64,000 nucleotides of DNA, from the NCBI GenBank assembly GCA_951406725.2, contig OX597840.1:39990001-40054000 (forward strand), given 5' to 3'. The position numbers were made by a program, and so were the translations under genes. Each line of letters opens with the position of its first letter. Position 1 is the first letter of the stretch. The notes below the pieces were generated by a model. The model did not search any database and was not told the origin of the DNA. It worked only from the letters and a program-made list of their open reading frames with translations. The DNA is from Octopus vulgaris. Lineage: Eukaryota. Shown here piece by piece: positions 14,517 through 29,533 of this stretch.

Positions 14517-15912
14517 TATAATTGTATGTCAGGAGAGTCATGATACGGATAATGTATATTAAATATAAATATAATCTCTATTTATCTATTTGTCTATCAG
14601 TATATTTGTCTATTTCTCTCTCTCTCTCTCTCTTACTCTTATCCCACTGTATATATAAATGTATATATATATCTATATATATATCATACATACATATTTA
14701 TATATACATATGTATATATATTGACATATATGTATGTATATATTCATATATATGTACAAATACATACACATATATATGTATACATATATCTAAACATATA
14801 TACTTCTATATGTATAAATACATATTCACAAATATGTAATAATGTGTGTGTGTGAATATGTACACACACCATACACACATACACATACACACACACATGA
14901 CCATACAAACACTGATGAAATCGGGTTGTTCATTTGAGCAAACAAAACAAACTTGAAAAGGCCAGTACAGTACTAGTTTCTAACGAAATAAAGGAAGAAA
15001 CATGTTTTTTTTTGTGTGTGTTTGTGTGTTTCTTTTAATTGTAGCTGAATATAATGAAAAAAAAACCAACCTATATTACTTACAAAAGATCTTTCGTTTC
15101 ACCTAATGAATCGCCGGGTTAATATGAAAAGAGGACAAAATTTCCAATTTACAGATGCCTTCGATATTCGGAAATGGTTTTCACTTTACTCATTAACCGG
15201 ATGATGCATTAGATGAGAGGATAACTCGTTTGTAATTAATAGAGTATAGCAGTTTCTGTTTACACAAATATCAATACTTATAAGTATATATATACAAACA
15301 TATATATATATACACATACAATATTCATATCATATATATACAAACACATACAATATTCATATATATATATTATATATATATATATATACACATACATATT
15401 GTATCCATATCATATATATATATATTCATATTTGTAATTTGTATATATGCATATACATAAACATATATATTCATATATTTGTATATATGCATATACATAT
15501 ATATATACATATATACACATATGTATATATGTATATATATATACACATACAATATTCATATTATATATATACAAACACATACAATATTCATTTATACATA
15601 TATATATATACATATATTTATATATATTTGTATATACATACATATTGTATCCATATCATGTATATATATTCATATTTGTAATGTGTATATATGCATATAT
15701 TTATATATATATATATTTGTATATATTTGTATATATACATATGTGTGTATATATATAGAGAGAGAGACAAATACATACGTGTATGTATATACATATATAC
15801 AGATATACATGCACACACACACATATGCATATAGTTAAAAGGTAAAGGTGGTAACAACACGAAGATACGTTTAAAGATTCTGTTGTATTTGTTACATTGA
15901 GTGAGTTCTAAA

Positions 15913-15955
15913 AATGTTACCGGTTTCGATGTGTGTGTCGATCTTATCAAACATT
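15913..15955 (-). ncRNA. Putative minimal type I hammerhead ribozyme, U3-A8 core variant
   Basis: Minus strand AATGT-TTGATAA-GAT(CGACACACAC)ATC-GAA-ACCGGT-A-ACATT: 5-bp stem I, palindromic stem III, GUA triplet. Confidence 0.6.
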
Positions 15956-16185
15956 ACAAGTTGAAAGTCAAAAATTGCAAAGTAAGAAAATAAAATAGGA
16001 AATTAAAAACAGTTTGCTTTCATAAATTGTGCATAGTTAAAAAAACATATGCTCTTAATAGTTCTGTGTTTTTCGAGTATTCTTGTTTGTTTTTTTTTGC
16101 ATGATGTAACAGTTCTGCTTATCAATAAAGAACAAGTCTGAAACAGCTGTAGTGAAATTCACCCCAATAGTTGTTTATATATATA

Positions 16186-16231
16186 TAAAAATGGTAAAAT
16201 GCGTATATTTTAAGTGCTTACGTACGGAGTG

Positions 16232-16280
<49 letters not shown>

Positions 16281-16313
16281 CATACATTTATATATATATA
16301 GAGAGAGAGAATG

Positions 16314-16354
<41 letters not shown>

Positions 16355-16460
16355 TATATGTACATATATATATACATATATATATACATACATATATATA
16401 TATACTTACATATGCACTGCGTACCTGAGCACTTAAAATATACGCATTTTACCATTTTAT
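16186..16460. repeat. About 47-bp inverted repeats enclosing a (TA)n tract (MITE-like)
   Basis: AAAATGGTAAAATGCGTATATTTTAAGTGCT.. at 16186-16232, with its reverse complement at 16414-16460. Confidence 0.8.
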
Positions 16461-16642
16461 ACACACATACACACACGCACGTGTATGTCTATGTATTGAT
16501 GTGAATGTGTGTATATATATATATACACCTTTTCACGCAGATACCATCTTGTCATATTTAACGCAGTCATCCATGTATGTTAATATACTGGCAAATATAT
16601 TATCTACCTGTGTGTGAGACTATGCTCTATCTCATTATAGAA

Positions 16643-16907
<265 letters not shown>

Positions 16908-17279
16908 TGTAATGCACACCTATTTAGAATCCTTCGCTAGAATATGAAATGTCGGTGACAACAAGTCTTTAAGTACACACAGTATGGTGTTTCTCTTCCT
17001 GCAAATATTGAAGCTCTTCGCTGGCAACATATAATACACTTATCAATTATGTTTTTTTATGTAAATATTGAAATATAAATTCCCTCGGCAATAACATCGT
17101 AGACAAACATAACACATGCTCATTCCGTCACCAACATAAACAATAATAACGGCAGGAATAATAACGGAGGTGGTGATGAGGATGAGGATGATGAGGGATG
17201 ATGATGAGAAGGAGGAGAGAGAGAGGAGGAGGACGGGCAAGGAGAATAATGTTAATGATGTCGTCGACAAGGATAATGT

Positions 17280-17314
<35 letters not shown>

Positions 17315-17450
17315 GTGGTGGCGGCGGTGGTGGTGGTGGTGATGATGATGATGATGATGATAATGATGATGATGATGATGATGTTGATGATGAGAACTAT
17401 GATGATGGTGATGATGATGATGAAGACGAAGACGACGACGACGGTGGTGA

Positions 17451-17484
<34 letters not shown>

Positions 17485-17615
17485 GGTGATGTTGATGATA
17501 ATGATGATGATGATAATGATGATGATGATGATGATGATGATGATGTTGATGGTGAGAACTATGATGATGGTGGTGGTGGTGGTGGTGGTGGTGATGATGA
17601 CGATAATGATGATGA
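17280..17615. repeat. Compound (GAT)n/(GGT)n repeat with internal duplication
   Basis: The interruption GAGAACTATGATGATGGTG occurs twice. Confidence 0.9.
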
Positions 17616-17616
17616 C

Positions 17617-17829
17617 ACGTTAGATGACACGCGAAATGCGTAGCCGTATTTCGTCTGCCGTTAAGTTCTGAGTTCAAATTCCGCCAAGGTCGACTTTGCC
17701 TTTCATCCTATCGGGGGTCGATGAAATAAGTACCAGTTTCGCATTGGGGTCTATGTAATCGACTTAATCCCTTTGTCCGTCCTTGTTTGTCCCCCTCTAT
17801 GTTTAGCCCCTTGTGGGTACTAAAGAAAC
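17617..17829 (+). mobile_element. SINE family B (tail 1) within (GAT)n
   Basis: Body plus tail TTTAGCCCCTTGTGGGTACTAAAGAAA. Confidence 0.85.
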
Positions 17830-17834
17830 AGATA

Positions 17835-17893
<59 letters not shown>

Positions 17894-18249
17894 AATGATG
17901 ATGATGATGATGATGGTGGTGATGGTGATGGTGATACCGATGATGATGGTGATGATGGTGATGATGATGATGGTGGTGGTTTTGAATTTTCGCACAAGGC
18001 CAGCAGTTCTGTTGTCGGAATTAAGACGTTTTACTCAAGTTGTGTTTATTTTATCGACCTCCAAAGGAACTGAAACGGACTAGACGTCGCTAAGCATTTT
18101 AACCGACCATTTAACCATTTGGCCAGGTCCGCTACCTTAAGGCAGCTGTGATTTTCTTTATTTATGCTTATTTCGCAGATGTGTTTCATGATTGGATGTC
18201 CTTTCTGTCACGTGCACCGAATTGAGTCATTAGTTTATTGTTTATTTAT

Positions 18250-18546
18250 CTCGAGCCTGATCGATCGGTATCACTTTTCACCGGTGACCATCCTGACCTC
18301 AGGCGTACTTGGACCCCGCACTGCCGATTTCCTTCACAAGATCGGGATAACTGCGGCCCGCCTCTCAAATGAGTCCTGCAAGCGGATATGGTTGGTTGCT
18401 GCAGCAAGTTCCAAGGGACATCCTCTGCGGCAATGACATCGTGGCCGAACACGCTATTCGAAGACGGAAAACCTGTTGCTCTCACCCCGCTATATCTGCT
18501 CCTCTTTAACCCCCACTCCGACCTTAGTTTTTTCTATTTGTTCCTT
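18250..18546 (+). pseudogene. RLE-type (CRE-like) non-LTR retrotransposon 3' fragment
   Basis: YHFSPVTILTSGVLGPRTADFLHKIG...CKRIWL / LQQVPRDILCGN resembles the F-P-(ET)-G..G....FL..LG.....QR.S.A.QRGN C-terminus of CRE-like elements. Confidence 0.6.
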
Positions 18547-18559
18547 TATAATAAAATTG

Positions 18560-18874
18560 GACTTACTTGTACTTGTGACGGCGTTCACTCAGGGCGGGTT
18601 GAGCCGGCTTCTTCTCTGGTCCTCACGGCATCACGATCATGGCGGCCCACGCTCGACGGTCCTGTGCGAGGTCACTGGAGGTAGCGCGTCATTCGTGGTT
18701 CCATCTGTGCAGACCGAGAGTTCGGAGAGGTACTCCTTTATCGTCGTTGCCCGGGTCTTCATCTCTCCGCCCGTGCATTTGCGCCTGTTGGGAAGTGGAG
18801 GTTGGAGGAGGACATGGTGAATCAGCTCACCCTCTGGACGCTGGGCTGCATGACCGAACCACATCTATGAATCC
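18560..18874 (-). pseudogene. RTE-clade LINE 3' fragment with 13-bp TSD
   Basis: WFGHAAQRPEGELI...GGEMKT..TIKEYL...SDLAQDRRAWAAM; tail CAAGTACAAGTAAGT; TSD TATAATAAAATTG at 18547-18559 and 18875-18887. Confidence 0.85.
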
Positions 18875-20409
18875 TATAATAAAATTGTGATTCAATATTT
18901 ATACAAAATGAAACTAAAATCTTTGAATTATCGTTCATAATCCTTATCTTGAGCGTCACCTACGAGATGTTCATCATTTTCACTTTAACAACGTTTAAAG
19001 CTATTTCCAGTTGCCCTACATGGTGTTCACTAACATTCTAAAGAATGCCTTAGTTCTTGCTTCGCCCATCTTGAAGACAGCAACAAAACTGACGTATCTC
19101 AGTACAGTGGCCACCCTTACTGATCATTGTCAGCCTGAAGAGTCTGAAAATATAACAAATCCTGCACTTGACGGTTCATCATTAACCAAGAATGTGGTTT
19201 TCATTCCTCTTTTATTCTGGTACCCTTTATTAAAATGTGGTCAAGTTGGAGATTTCATCGGATCTGATACACCGCTTTACGTATATTCATATGGGGCATT
19301 ATTAATTTTTCTCTATATTATTTTAAGTTCCACCAAAATTGACTCAATTATGGTGGAACATGTTTGTATGTATTTATGTGTGTGTATGTATGTGTATTAG
19401 TTTGTGTGTATGTGTGTGGCTGCATACGCATGTATGTATGCAATTATGTGTGCTTATATACATCATTGCAGTGCTTGACTGCTACCTTATTTTATCAATC
19501 CAAAGGAATAAATAACAAAGTCGAAATACCGCTAAGTATTTTGTCCGACGGGTTAATAGTTCAGGCAGCTCACCACCATAGTTATTAAAATAGGATATTA
19601 AAATAATACACCATTGGGCCAGGACACAAACACGCGTGTGCACGCGTGTGTGCGTGTGTATGTGTGTGTGTGTGTGTGTGTTTGTGTTTGTGTGTGTAAG
19701 CATCGATGTACTATGAGCGAACAACGGGTACTAAATATATATAACTTATATTTATTTAATCTGGAAATCTAAATAGCGCATCAAGTTTCACACAGATGCG
19801 ATCGTCAGGCGAGAACTGTTATATCTCGACATAACATCATCTCTTCCTTTATATCTGTTAGTGTTTACACGGTCCAGTGTTTAAATTAATTTGGTTTCTA
19901 CATATGTTGGTTGACGGTTTCTGGCAATTTGGTTATTCGTATGGAATGATATTTCCTGTGAACATAATAGCTCTGGGCTTGTGTTTATTAACATTCAGTG
20001 AATAGACTGAGGTCATAAAGAAGCACCATCCTGATTTCTTGAATGTGATTTTGTAAAATATCTACAATTTTTTCATAGGGGGAAGCTATGTATACTTGTT
20101 TCCCGGACACGTTGGTACCGGCTAAAAAGTGAGGAAAGCTCTTAAACTGAAACAAATTTGTGACTGACAGTAGGAACACTAAGACTTACACCCACACACC
20201 CACACACACGCGCGCGCATACAGCATGCATGAAGAGACACAAACAAGCAAAAAGATGCAAACAAACCAGGAAAGAAACAAGCATTCAAACACGCTCGCGT
20301 ACATAACCACCTGATGAAGTTGCCGCGTAGGGACTTTGTAGCTAACACTTTCATAGCGTGGGATAATCCTTAGAAACAGATCCAAGCCTACGCATGACAT
20401 ATGTATTGC

Positions 20410-20495
<86 letters not shown>

Positions 20496-20917
20496 TTATA
20501 TATATAAATATATATGTATATATTTATGTATATATCTACGTATATGTATATGCATGGATGTATATTTATGCATATATATATATATGTGTGTGTGTGTATA
20601 TATGTATGTATCGATATGTATATATTTATGTATATGTATATGCATATATATATGTATATGTGTGTATATATATATATGTACATATATGCATATATATGTA
20701 TATGTATATATACATATACATGTGTGTATGTATATATGTATGCATGCATGTATGTGCATACATACATATGTATATAATGCATATATAAACATACACATAT
20801 GAGCTTTTATGTTTTTATAGATATGTATGTACATAGTTGTATATATTTATGTGTGTATGTATGTGTAATTGTTTGTTTGTGTGTGTGTGCATACACATGT
20901 ATGTATGTATGCAATTA

Positions 20918-20982
<65 letters not shown>

Positions 20983-21131
20983 CCAAACATTCGTGGGGAT
21001 ATGGCTGAGAAGATCATTTTAAGACTTGCTATTGATGCGAGCGCTTATACAGCTTCGCAAACAAAATTGCAAATTATAGATATATATATATACATATGCA
21101 TGCATCTCTATTGAGATAAGTACACACAGAC

Positions 21132-21240
<109 letters not shown>

Positions 21241-21447
21241 CAGATAGGTATAGTTATGGCGGTGTGATAGTAAACAAGCTATTTTTTTGCCCGCTAAAAG
21301 TGAAATGTCTATTGATTTTGAAACATTTTATAGACATACCTATTTATTTTGTTTTAATTTTTCATCTTTTGGGGTGTTTTTCTATTATGACTGTTTTTCT
21401 TAGCCTTTATCTGATATATATATATATACACACAGACACAGACACAG

Positions 21448-21482
<35 letters not shown>

Positions 21483-21612
21483 CATATATATATAGTATAT
21501 ATATATATATATGTATATATATGTATATATAAATATATATATATAGTATATATATATATATATGTATATATATATGTATATATATGTATATATAAAAGTT
21601 TATACATATATG

Positions 21613-21644
<32 letters not shown>

Positions 21645-21937
21645 AGTATATAGGTATGTATATATATATCTATATATCTATAAGTATATAGATATACATG
21701 TATGTATGTATATATACATACATAGATCTAGTTAGATAGTTGTATACTTGCATGAGTAAATATATATATATATATATATACATATATACATATAACAATA
21801 TACTTATATATATATATGTATGTATTTATATATATGTATATTTATATGTATGTATATGTAGATATATACATAAATAAACATATGTACTCACACACAGAAA
21901 CATATTTACGTACGTGTCTGTTTATATACCTGCTTAC

Positions 21938-22012
<75 letters not shown>

Positions 22013-22443
22013 CATGTACATGACATAGTCAAAACAAAAGTGGGGGAGACAGAGAAAGAGAGACAGAGAGATGTAATGGTTGTCATTGGTTTTCAAGGAT
22101 TCTGTTATTTTTTTTGTTCGTTTAATATTCTCATCAATATTTCCAGTGGAAAATATAGAGTGATTTTTCAAAATATTTACTTTACAGAATGTAAGGAGAA
22201 GAGGGGAAAAAAAAGTATCATACCCTCGAACACATAACAAGAATGTCGAGAAGAATACAACACAGTCATTGAGTTTATATAATGCTTGTTCAGGTCCTAA
22301 ACTCTAGCACTCACGTTGTATGGTGTCTATTTTAGTGTAGCTACAGAAATTTCATTCCATAACGACATATTTAATATGGCTGAGATTTCAATGAGAGCTT
22401 GCAAACGTCCATATGGGTGGATGTATCAGTTTGTGTATATGAG

Positions 22444-22486
<43 letters not shown>

Positions 22487-22619
22487 GTATATGCGTGGTT
22501 GTGTGAATGAGTATAAAAGCAACTATTTTATTTTTCTGTTTTTGTTTTATTTTATTTTTTATTCTTTTTTGTTTTGTTTGGTACGTTAGGCAATCTTTTT
22601 AATCTCTCTTGTATCTTAT

Positions 22620-22811
22620 CCGTGTTTAAGTGGTTCGACTGCGGCCATGCTGTAGCACCAGCCTGCCAGTTTGTTTTAGTCAACTGATCGACATCAGGAC
22701 TTGCTTTTTTAAAGCTGGGTGCTTTGGGATATAAACACACCAGCACCGGTTGTCGAACGATGGAAAGGGACAAACAGATATACACCAATACATAGTAACA
22801 CACACATACAA

Positions 22812-22863
<52 letters not shown>

Positions 22864-23074
22864 ACTACTCAAAAGGGGCTAAACACAGAGGAGACAAAGG
22901 GATTAAGTCGCTTACAAAGGGATTAAGTCGCAAAGGGATTAAGTCGCACCCCAGTGCGTAAGTGGTACTTAATTTATCGACCCCGGAAGGATGAAAAGCA
23001 AAGTCAGCCTCGGCGGAGCATAACACCGCTAGGCATTTCGCCCAGCGTGCTAACGATTCTGCCAGCTCGCCGCC

Positions 23075-23075
<1 letters not shown>
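22620..23075 (-). mobile_element. SINE A tail fragment (22620-22810) and deleted SINE B (22860-23075)
   Basis: GACTGCGGCCATGCTGTAGCACC; ATTCTGCCAGCTCGCCGCC head; triplicated ACAAAGGGATTAAGTCGC. Confidence 0.75.
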
Positions 23076-23106
<31 letters not shown>

Positions 23107-23764
23107 ACAATGAAGAAGAAGAAGAAGAAGAAGAAGAAGAAGAAGAAGAAGAAGAAGAAGAAGAAGAAGAAGAAGAAGAAGAAGAAGAAGAAGAGTAATG
23201 GTAATAATAATAACCCTTGGATGGAATTTATGAACATTTTAATGCATCGCTACGCGCGTTTCCACAAATTTCATTTTCCTTAAGATCATAGTGCGCATTC
23301 CTAGGATGATTACAGTGCAGTGTGTAGTTTCCATAGACATAGGGTAGACCATATTCTTGTATTTCTAAAATAATACTGATATCGCCAGTTGATCATCATC
23401 AGCAGCAGCAGCAACAGCAAAATCATCATCGGCGCCACCCTTGATTTCATCATCAACAACATCATCATCATCATCATCAGGGTTGACTCCGATAATGGCC
23501 TTTCTCTAACACACTCGTCATTTTAAGGAATTATGGCGTTTTATTTCAACGTTCACCTCTCTGGATGCCTACACCAAAGAGGCAAACAGTAAGACACGGT
23601 TCGAGAGAGGGAGAGAGATCGCTATTGGAAATTTTCAAGGTTTGTTCTGTTTTCAGTCGGTGATTTTGAAAAGGGAGTGTCTTTAACTCCGAGCAGAACA
23701 AGTATCTCGAGGGATCTCTGGAAAAAACCACCGCTGCTTCAGTTTCATTGCTGAGAGAAATACT

Positions 23765-24417
23765 GTGTGTGTGTGCGTACGTGTGTATGTACGCGCATAC
23801 GTGTGTAGGCGTGTGTACGTGCGTGTGTTCGTGTGTGCGTACGTGTGTGTGTGTGCCTACGTATGTGCGTGTGAGTGTGCGTACGTGCTTGAGTGTGTGT
23901 GAGTACGTGTGTGTATGCGTGTGTAAGTGTGTGGTGTGCATGTATGAGTGCGTGTGTGTGTGCGTACGTGCTTGTGTGTGTCTGTTAGTACGTGTGTGTG
24001 CATGCGTACGTGTGTATGTGCATGCGTACATGTGTGTGTACATGCGCACGTGTGTGTGCGTACGTCTGTGTGTGCGTGCGTGCTTGTGTGTGTGTGTGCG
24101 TACATGTGTGTGCGCCTGCGTACGTGTGTGTGTGTGCGTGCGTACATGTGTGTGTGCGAGCGTACGTTTGTGTGTGCGAACCTACGTGTGCGTGCGTACG
24201 TGTCTGTGTGTGTATCTTTCATATGCCTAACAAGCCCGACGCATGCTTACACATATGTCTGTATGTGTGTGTTTGTGTATGTACGCGTCTGTATGTGTGC
24301 GCGTATGCATCTGTATATCTTCCATAAGTCTATTGAACACCCACAGATGCTCACACATGTATGTGTATATATGTCTGCGTTCGTGTGTACATATGTAAAT
24401 GTGTGTGCGTGTGTGTG

Positions 24418-24479
<62 letters not shown>

Positions 24480-24480
24480 C
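23765..24480. repeat. Long imperfect (TG)n tract with recurrent CGTACG interruptions
   Basis: About 700 bp of mostly alternating purine-pyrimidine sequence. Confidence 0.9.
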
Positions 24481-25366
24481 GTTTGTGTGAGCGCAGGCAG
24501 CTGCGTTGGCCTTTTATACAATTCCAGCCACGAAATTCCACAGGAACCTTTCGCTTTTTGCGTATATATCGCAACAGCTAGAACCGAACCAGCCAAAAAC
24601 TAATAACCTACCACACAGCAGGATCGAACACGGGCCTGTACAACCGTAAATTCCAACAAAAACCCAGCAAAGAACCAGATGATTGCTAAATTCACTTGGC
24701 AACCCACAAACACAAACATGGCTTTATCTATGGTTGAAGGAAGCAAGATTATTGCTTTGCAACTATTATAGAACAGTGTAATACGATTAATTAACTTCGT
24801 AAAGGGAGATTTGAATTAACGACCTTACTAGATTGTGATAATTCTATTAGTAAGTATCTTTGTATTCGGCTTGCGGAGCGGAGATGTCCTATAATGGCTA
24901 TTAACTTGACAAGAGTTTCACATTACCTTTACAGTTGACGGTTGTAAATCTAACGCCGCATGCAACCTTACCAGCGAAGCATTACGGTATTATTGCTTGG
25001 TCGTGACCCAGGGAAGGAGGGAGGGAGAGAGAGAGAGAGAAAGAGGGATTGCATATGCGTAAGTGTATGCATGCCTCATACGTCTCTGTGCGTTTGTGTG
25101 GCATGCACACACACACACATATATCTATGTATGCATAAGTATATATATATGCATGTATGTATATACATATATTGATGTATATATATAAATGTATCGGTGT
25201 ACATGTATGTCTCCACCAATACATACATATATATATATATAGATAGATAGATAGAGAGAGAGAGAGTGAGAGAGAGTGAGAGATACAGACACACATACAC
25301 GCACGCACGCACACACACATATACACACACATGCAAACACACACACAGACATATATATGTATACAT

Positions 25367-25413
<47 letters not shown>

Positions 25414-25841
25414 CACAAATATATATATTTGTGTGTATGTATAAACATATATGCATACATGCTAAGATAGAGAGTCGCACAGAGAGAGTCACGCGGTTGT
25501 ACACAGTCATGCGTATAGAGAGAATATGAAGAGAGAGTGGGAGACAGTGGGAGATAGACAAACAATGACAAGTAAAGACAGAGAGAGAGAGAGAGAGAGA
25601 GACCAACAGACAGATTAGTGTACGATTGTGTATACAAACGGAAAATGATAGTCATTATATAATGTAGAGCGTCTATATTTTATTACAGCCTGGCGCTTCT
25701 TGAATCGTAACTCTACGGTTTGCGGCGATGGTCAAACAATAGTACACAGCAACCGACAGAAAATTTGTGTAATGGATACAAGGAGAGGCAACTCCTAATA
25801 TAGCTTAATCTCTCTCACTCATTCACTTTGTCTCCTCTTTG

Positions 25842-25893
<52 letters not shown>

Positions 25894-26149
25894 GGTCTAC
25901 ACACACAGACATATGTACAATAAGTAAGAATGAATAGGAAGACTGGTACATCTGTATAATTTGGTTTGTTTATTTCTAGAGTCGATTACAGCATGTTTGA
26001 TTTAGATTTGTCCGACGTCCGTTTCTGCCTCCGAGGCATCTTTGCTGTTGCGTTCGAAAGTAACCGGATGAAAATTCATCTGCTGTTGTGTGAAGATGAC
26101 GTCCACCCACACGTGAAGCACTGAGAAGCCAGAAAGAGAAGGAGGAGGA

Positions 26150-26533
26150 GAATGAGAAGAAGAGGAATGAGAAGAAGAAGAAGAAGAAGAAGAAGAAGAA
26201 GAAGAAGAAGAAGAAAGAAGAAGAAGAAGAAGAAGAAGAAGAGGAGGAGGAGAATAATAATAATAAGAAGAAGAAGAAGAAGAAGGAGGAGGAGGAGAAG
26301 AAGAAGAAGAAGAAGAAGAAGAATAAGAAGTAGAGAATGGAGAAGAAGAAGTAGAAAAAGAAGAAGAAGAAGAAGAGGAGGAGGAGAGGGAGGAGAGGGA
26401 GGAGGGAGAAGAAGAAGAAGAAGAAGAAGAAGAAGAAGAAGAAGAAGAAGAAGAAGAAGAAGGAGAAGAAGAAGAAGAAGAAGAAGAAGAAGAAGAAGAA
26501 GAAGAAGAAGAAAAAGAAGAAGAAGAAGAAGAA
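26150..26533. repeat. (GAA)n/(GGA)n polypurine tract
   Basis: Seen directly; a shorter (GAA)n lies at 23111-23193. Confidence 0.95.
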
Positions 26534-26539
26534 GCGTCT

Positions 26540-26782
26540 CTACGATAGGTACTAGAGCTTCAAATTTTGAGGGAGTGGGTCAGTCATTTACTTCGATCCT
26601 CCAAGGCTCAACTGGTACTTCAATTCATTGACTCCTAAAGGATGAAAGGGGAAGTCGACTTCGGCGGAATTTGAACTGACAATGTAAAGACGGAGGAATT
26701 TGAACTCAGAACGTAGAGACGGACGAAATGTACTTCAGCATTTTGTTCGGCGATCTAGCGATTCTGCCAGCGTGCTGCCTCG
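26540..26782 (-). mobile_element. SINE family B, degenerate, internal duplication
   Basis: GGATGAAAGG..GTCGACTTCGGCGGAATTTGAACT; GGAATTTGAACT occurs twice. Confidence 0.75.
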
Positions 26783-26809
26783 GTAGTAATCATAATAATA
26801 ATACTAATG

Positions 26810-26880
<71 letters not shown>

Positions 26881-27088
26881 GATGATGATGATTTTTACAA
26901 ATGATAATGATAAGAATGATAATAACATAGATAATGTGTTCGATGTTATCGATTATGTGTCTTCGTAATCATTATTTGTGGTCGTGTTTCTCTCTGTTAA
27001 AGATCAATATATGTAGGAAGGCAATCGCAACATTATTTCATTTCGCTTTTCGTCGAAGGTTTTTGTCACCCTTAGCCTACCATAGCAA

Positions 27089-27159
<71 letters not shown>

Positions 27160-27484
27160 GGTGGGGGAACAAATATGACGACTTTGAAATTTTCGCTAAC
27201 CAAACAAACGTTTCTCTAAAGGGAAATGTTTTTTACAAAACAACATCGACAATTTTCGTTACTAGAACCACTGTTTACAGAGAATGGATTAACCAATTTC
27301 CATTTATCTTTGAAGCAGGTTTTGTTAGTTCATTGATCAGTTTTGTAATTAAAAGCAAATTATTTCGAAAAATCTAATTAAAGTCTGTTTTTTTCTTTAT
27401 CATTATTTTATAGTATTTTTATTCGCATTATTTTTATCATTATTATTATTTTTATTATTATAATTATTGTTATTATTATTGTTA

Positions 27485-27528
<44 letters not shown>

Positions 27529-29169
27529 TATGGTATTTTTATTAGCTATGGTGTTAGTATCGTTTTGTTTAGTTAATGCGCGGTAGCTGGAAACAGTTTT
27601 TTGTTTAATTCACATTTTCTGTGTTTGTGTGTGTAAGGTGTGTGTATGAGTGTGTGTGTGTGTGTGTGTGTTATAGTTGTCTTTCAAATACGATATCGAT
27701 CTGGTTTTTTTTTATATCATCGCGATGGCTCCAAGTCAGTGTTGTATAAAGGGAATTCTATAGTCGTGTGAACGTCCTTAACATGTAGCTAGTTCAACAG
27801 AAGACCGTTGAAAGAACATCCACGTAGACACTGTTGCTGTTGTTACTGGTGTTGCTGCTACTGTTATCGTTTAATTCCAGCTCAGTCTTCAATGAGAAGA
27901 CATATTACCAAAGACTATCCATCCATGATCATCTCGCCTTTTTCCTATATCTATGGCATCGTGGATCACGTTATCCGGTGTGTCCTATTTATAACAATGG
28001 ATATCATACACTTAAAACTTGTATATATATTTGTGTATCTATTTGTGTATATACATTAAAAAGGGTTTGGCTTCTGTTTCTACAATCTTTGTTAAATCCA
28101 GAGTTTCTAATGTTCGATCCAATTCTGTTTTTCTGGTTTGTTTTTTGATTCATTAGTTTTTTTCTCTGCTAAGTCATGTAAAAGGGAAATGCCCCTTAGC
28201 CATTGCAAGCCCTCGGGATATTTCAGGTAAATACCATTAATATTTTGCTCTATACTGTTGCATGAAGACACTTGCAGGAAAAATATGACGGATAGATAGA
28301 CATATTTAGAGAGAGAGAAAGAAAGAGAGAAACAGGGAGAGATATAGATGGATAGATAGGTACATACATACATACGTACATAAATACACAGCAGAGAGAG
28401 AGATGGAGAGAGAGAGAAAGAGAGAAAGAGAGATAGATAGATACGTACATAAATACACAGGCAGAGAGAGAGAAATAGTGAGATAGTGGTCTTTAAGAAT
28501 ATATAGAGTGGGAGAGAGAGACATGGACAGACAAATAGATATGTAGAGGATAGAGAGACAGACAGGCAGATAGATAGATTGATAGACAGACATATAGACA
28601 AAATTACAGGCAGGCATGAAGATGAAGAGACACATAAATAGATAAATAGGCAGGTAGGTAGGTAGGTAGGTAGGTAGGTAGGTAGGTAAGAAGGTAAGAA
28701 GGTAGGTATGTAGGTAGGTAAGTAGGTAGGTAGGTAGGTAGGTAGGTAGGTAGGTAGGTAGGTAGGTAGGTAGGTAGACAAACACAGATAGATAGATAAG
28801 TAGATAGATAGATAGGTAAATAGATAGGTAGATATATTGATAGATATATAGAAAGACAGACTGACAGACAGTTAGGCAGACAGACAGATAGATAGATAGA
28901 TAGAAAGAGAGAGAGAGAGAGAGATACGGATTATGGCTTTGGCTGTTTAGCTGCATATTTCTTGAGGTCAAACAAGACCCTTCAGGCAACACCAAAATCA
29001 ACGACCACAGCGAGGGCAATGAACTAGTCGATACTTTACTGCCCTTCCCCCTTTCGGCATCCAACCGGAAAAACCTCTGTTTTACTCTGTAAGAACTAAA
29101 TGTCCTTCCATTTCAACGGATAAAATTGCTTGGACATTAGATGACCATCCAACCGTAAGATTGTACTAT

Positions 29170-29473
29170 TCTTTTACCTGCTTCAGTCATTTGACTGCGG
29201 CCATGCTGGAGCACCGCCTTTTATTTCGAACAAATCGCCTCCGGGGTATATTCTTTGTAAGCTTAGTACATAAGCGAAAATTTAGCATTTTTTTGCTATT
29301 TTTTGGCTATAACTCTCTAAAAATACTTATATAGTTATTTCCCTTACAAACCCGAGCAACGCCGGGCGATACTGCTAGTATATATATATTTTCTTTAAGT
29401 GAAAAAATTGGTGGATTTTTTTCCTCTTATGAGGTTCATAAATTCTTATGAATAGTTTATCCTATTTTTAAAT

Positions 29474-29533
<60 letters not shown>

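Noticed and set aside
19988-20150. Possible minus-strand exon after TTTGTTTCAG; similar hints near 39150-39370, 41680-41810 and 55300-55400
   Set aside because: Short frames with no recognisable protein, and they cannot be chained into a gene from sequence alone.
24511-24518. TATAAAAG on the minus strand in unique sequence
   Set aside because: Expected by chance in AT-rich DNA, with no downstream gene evidence.
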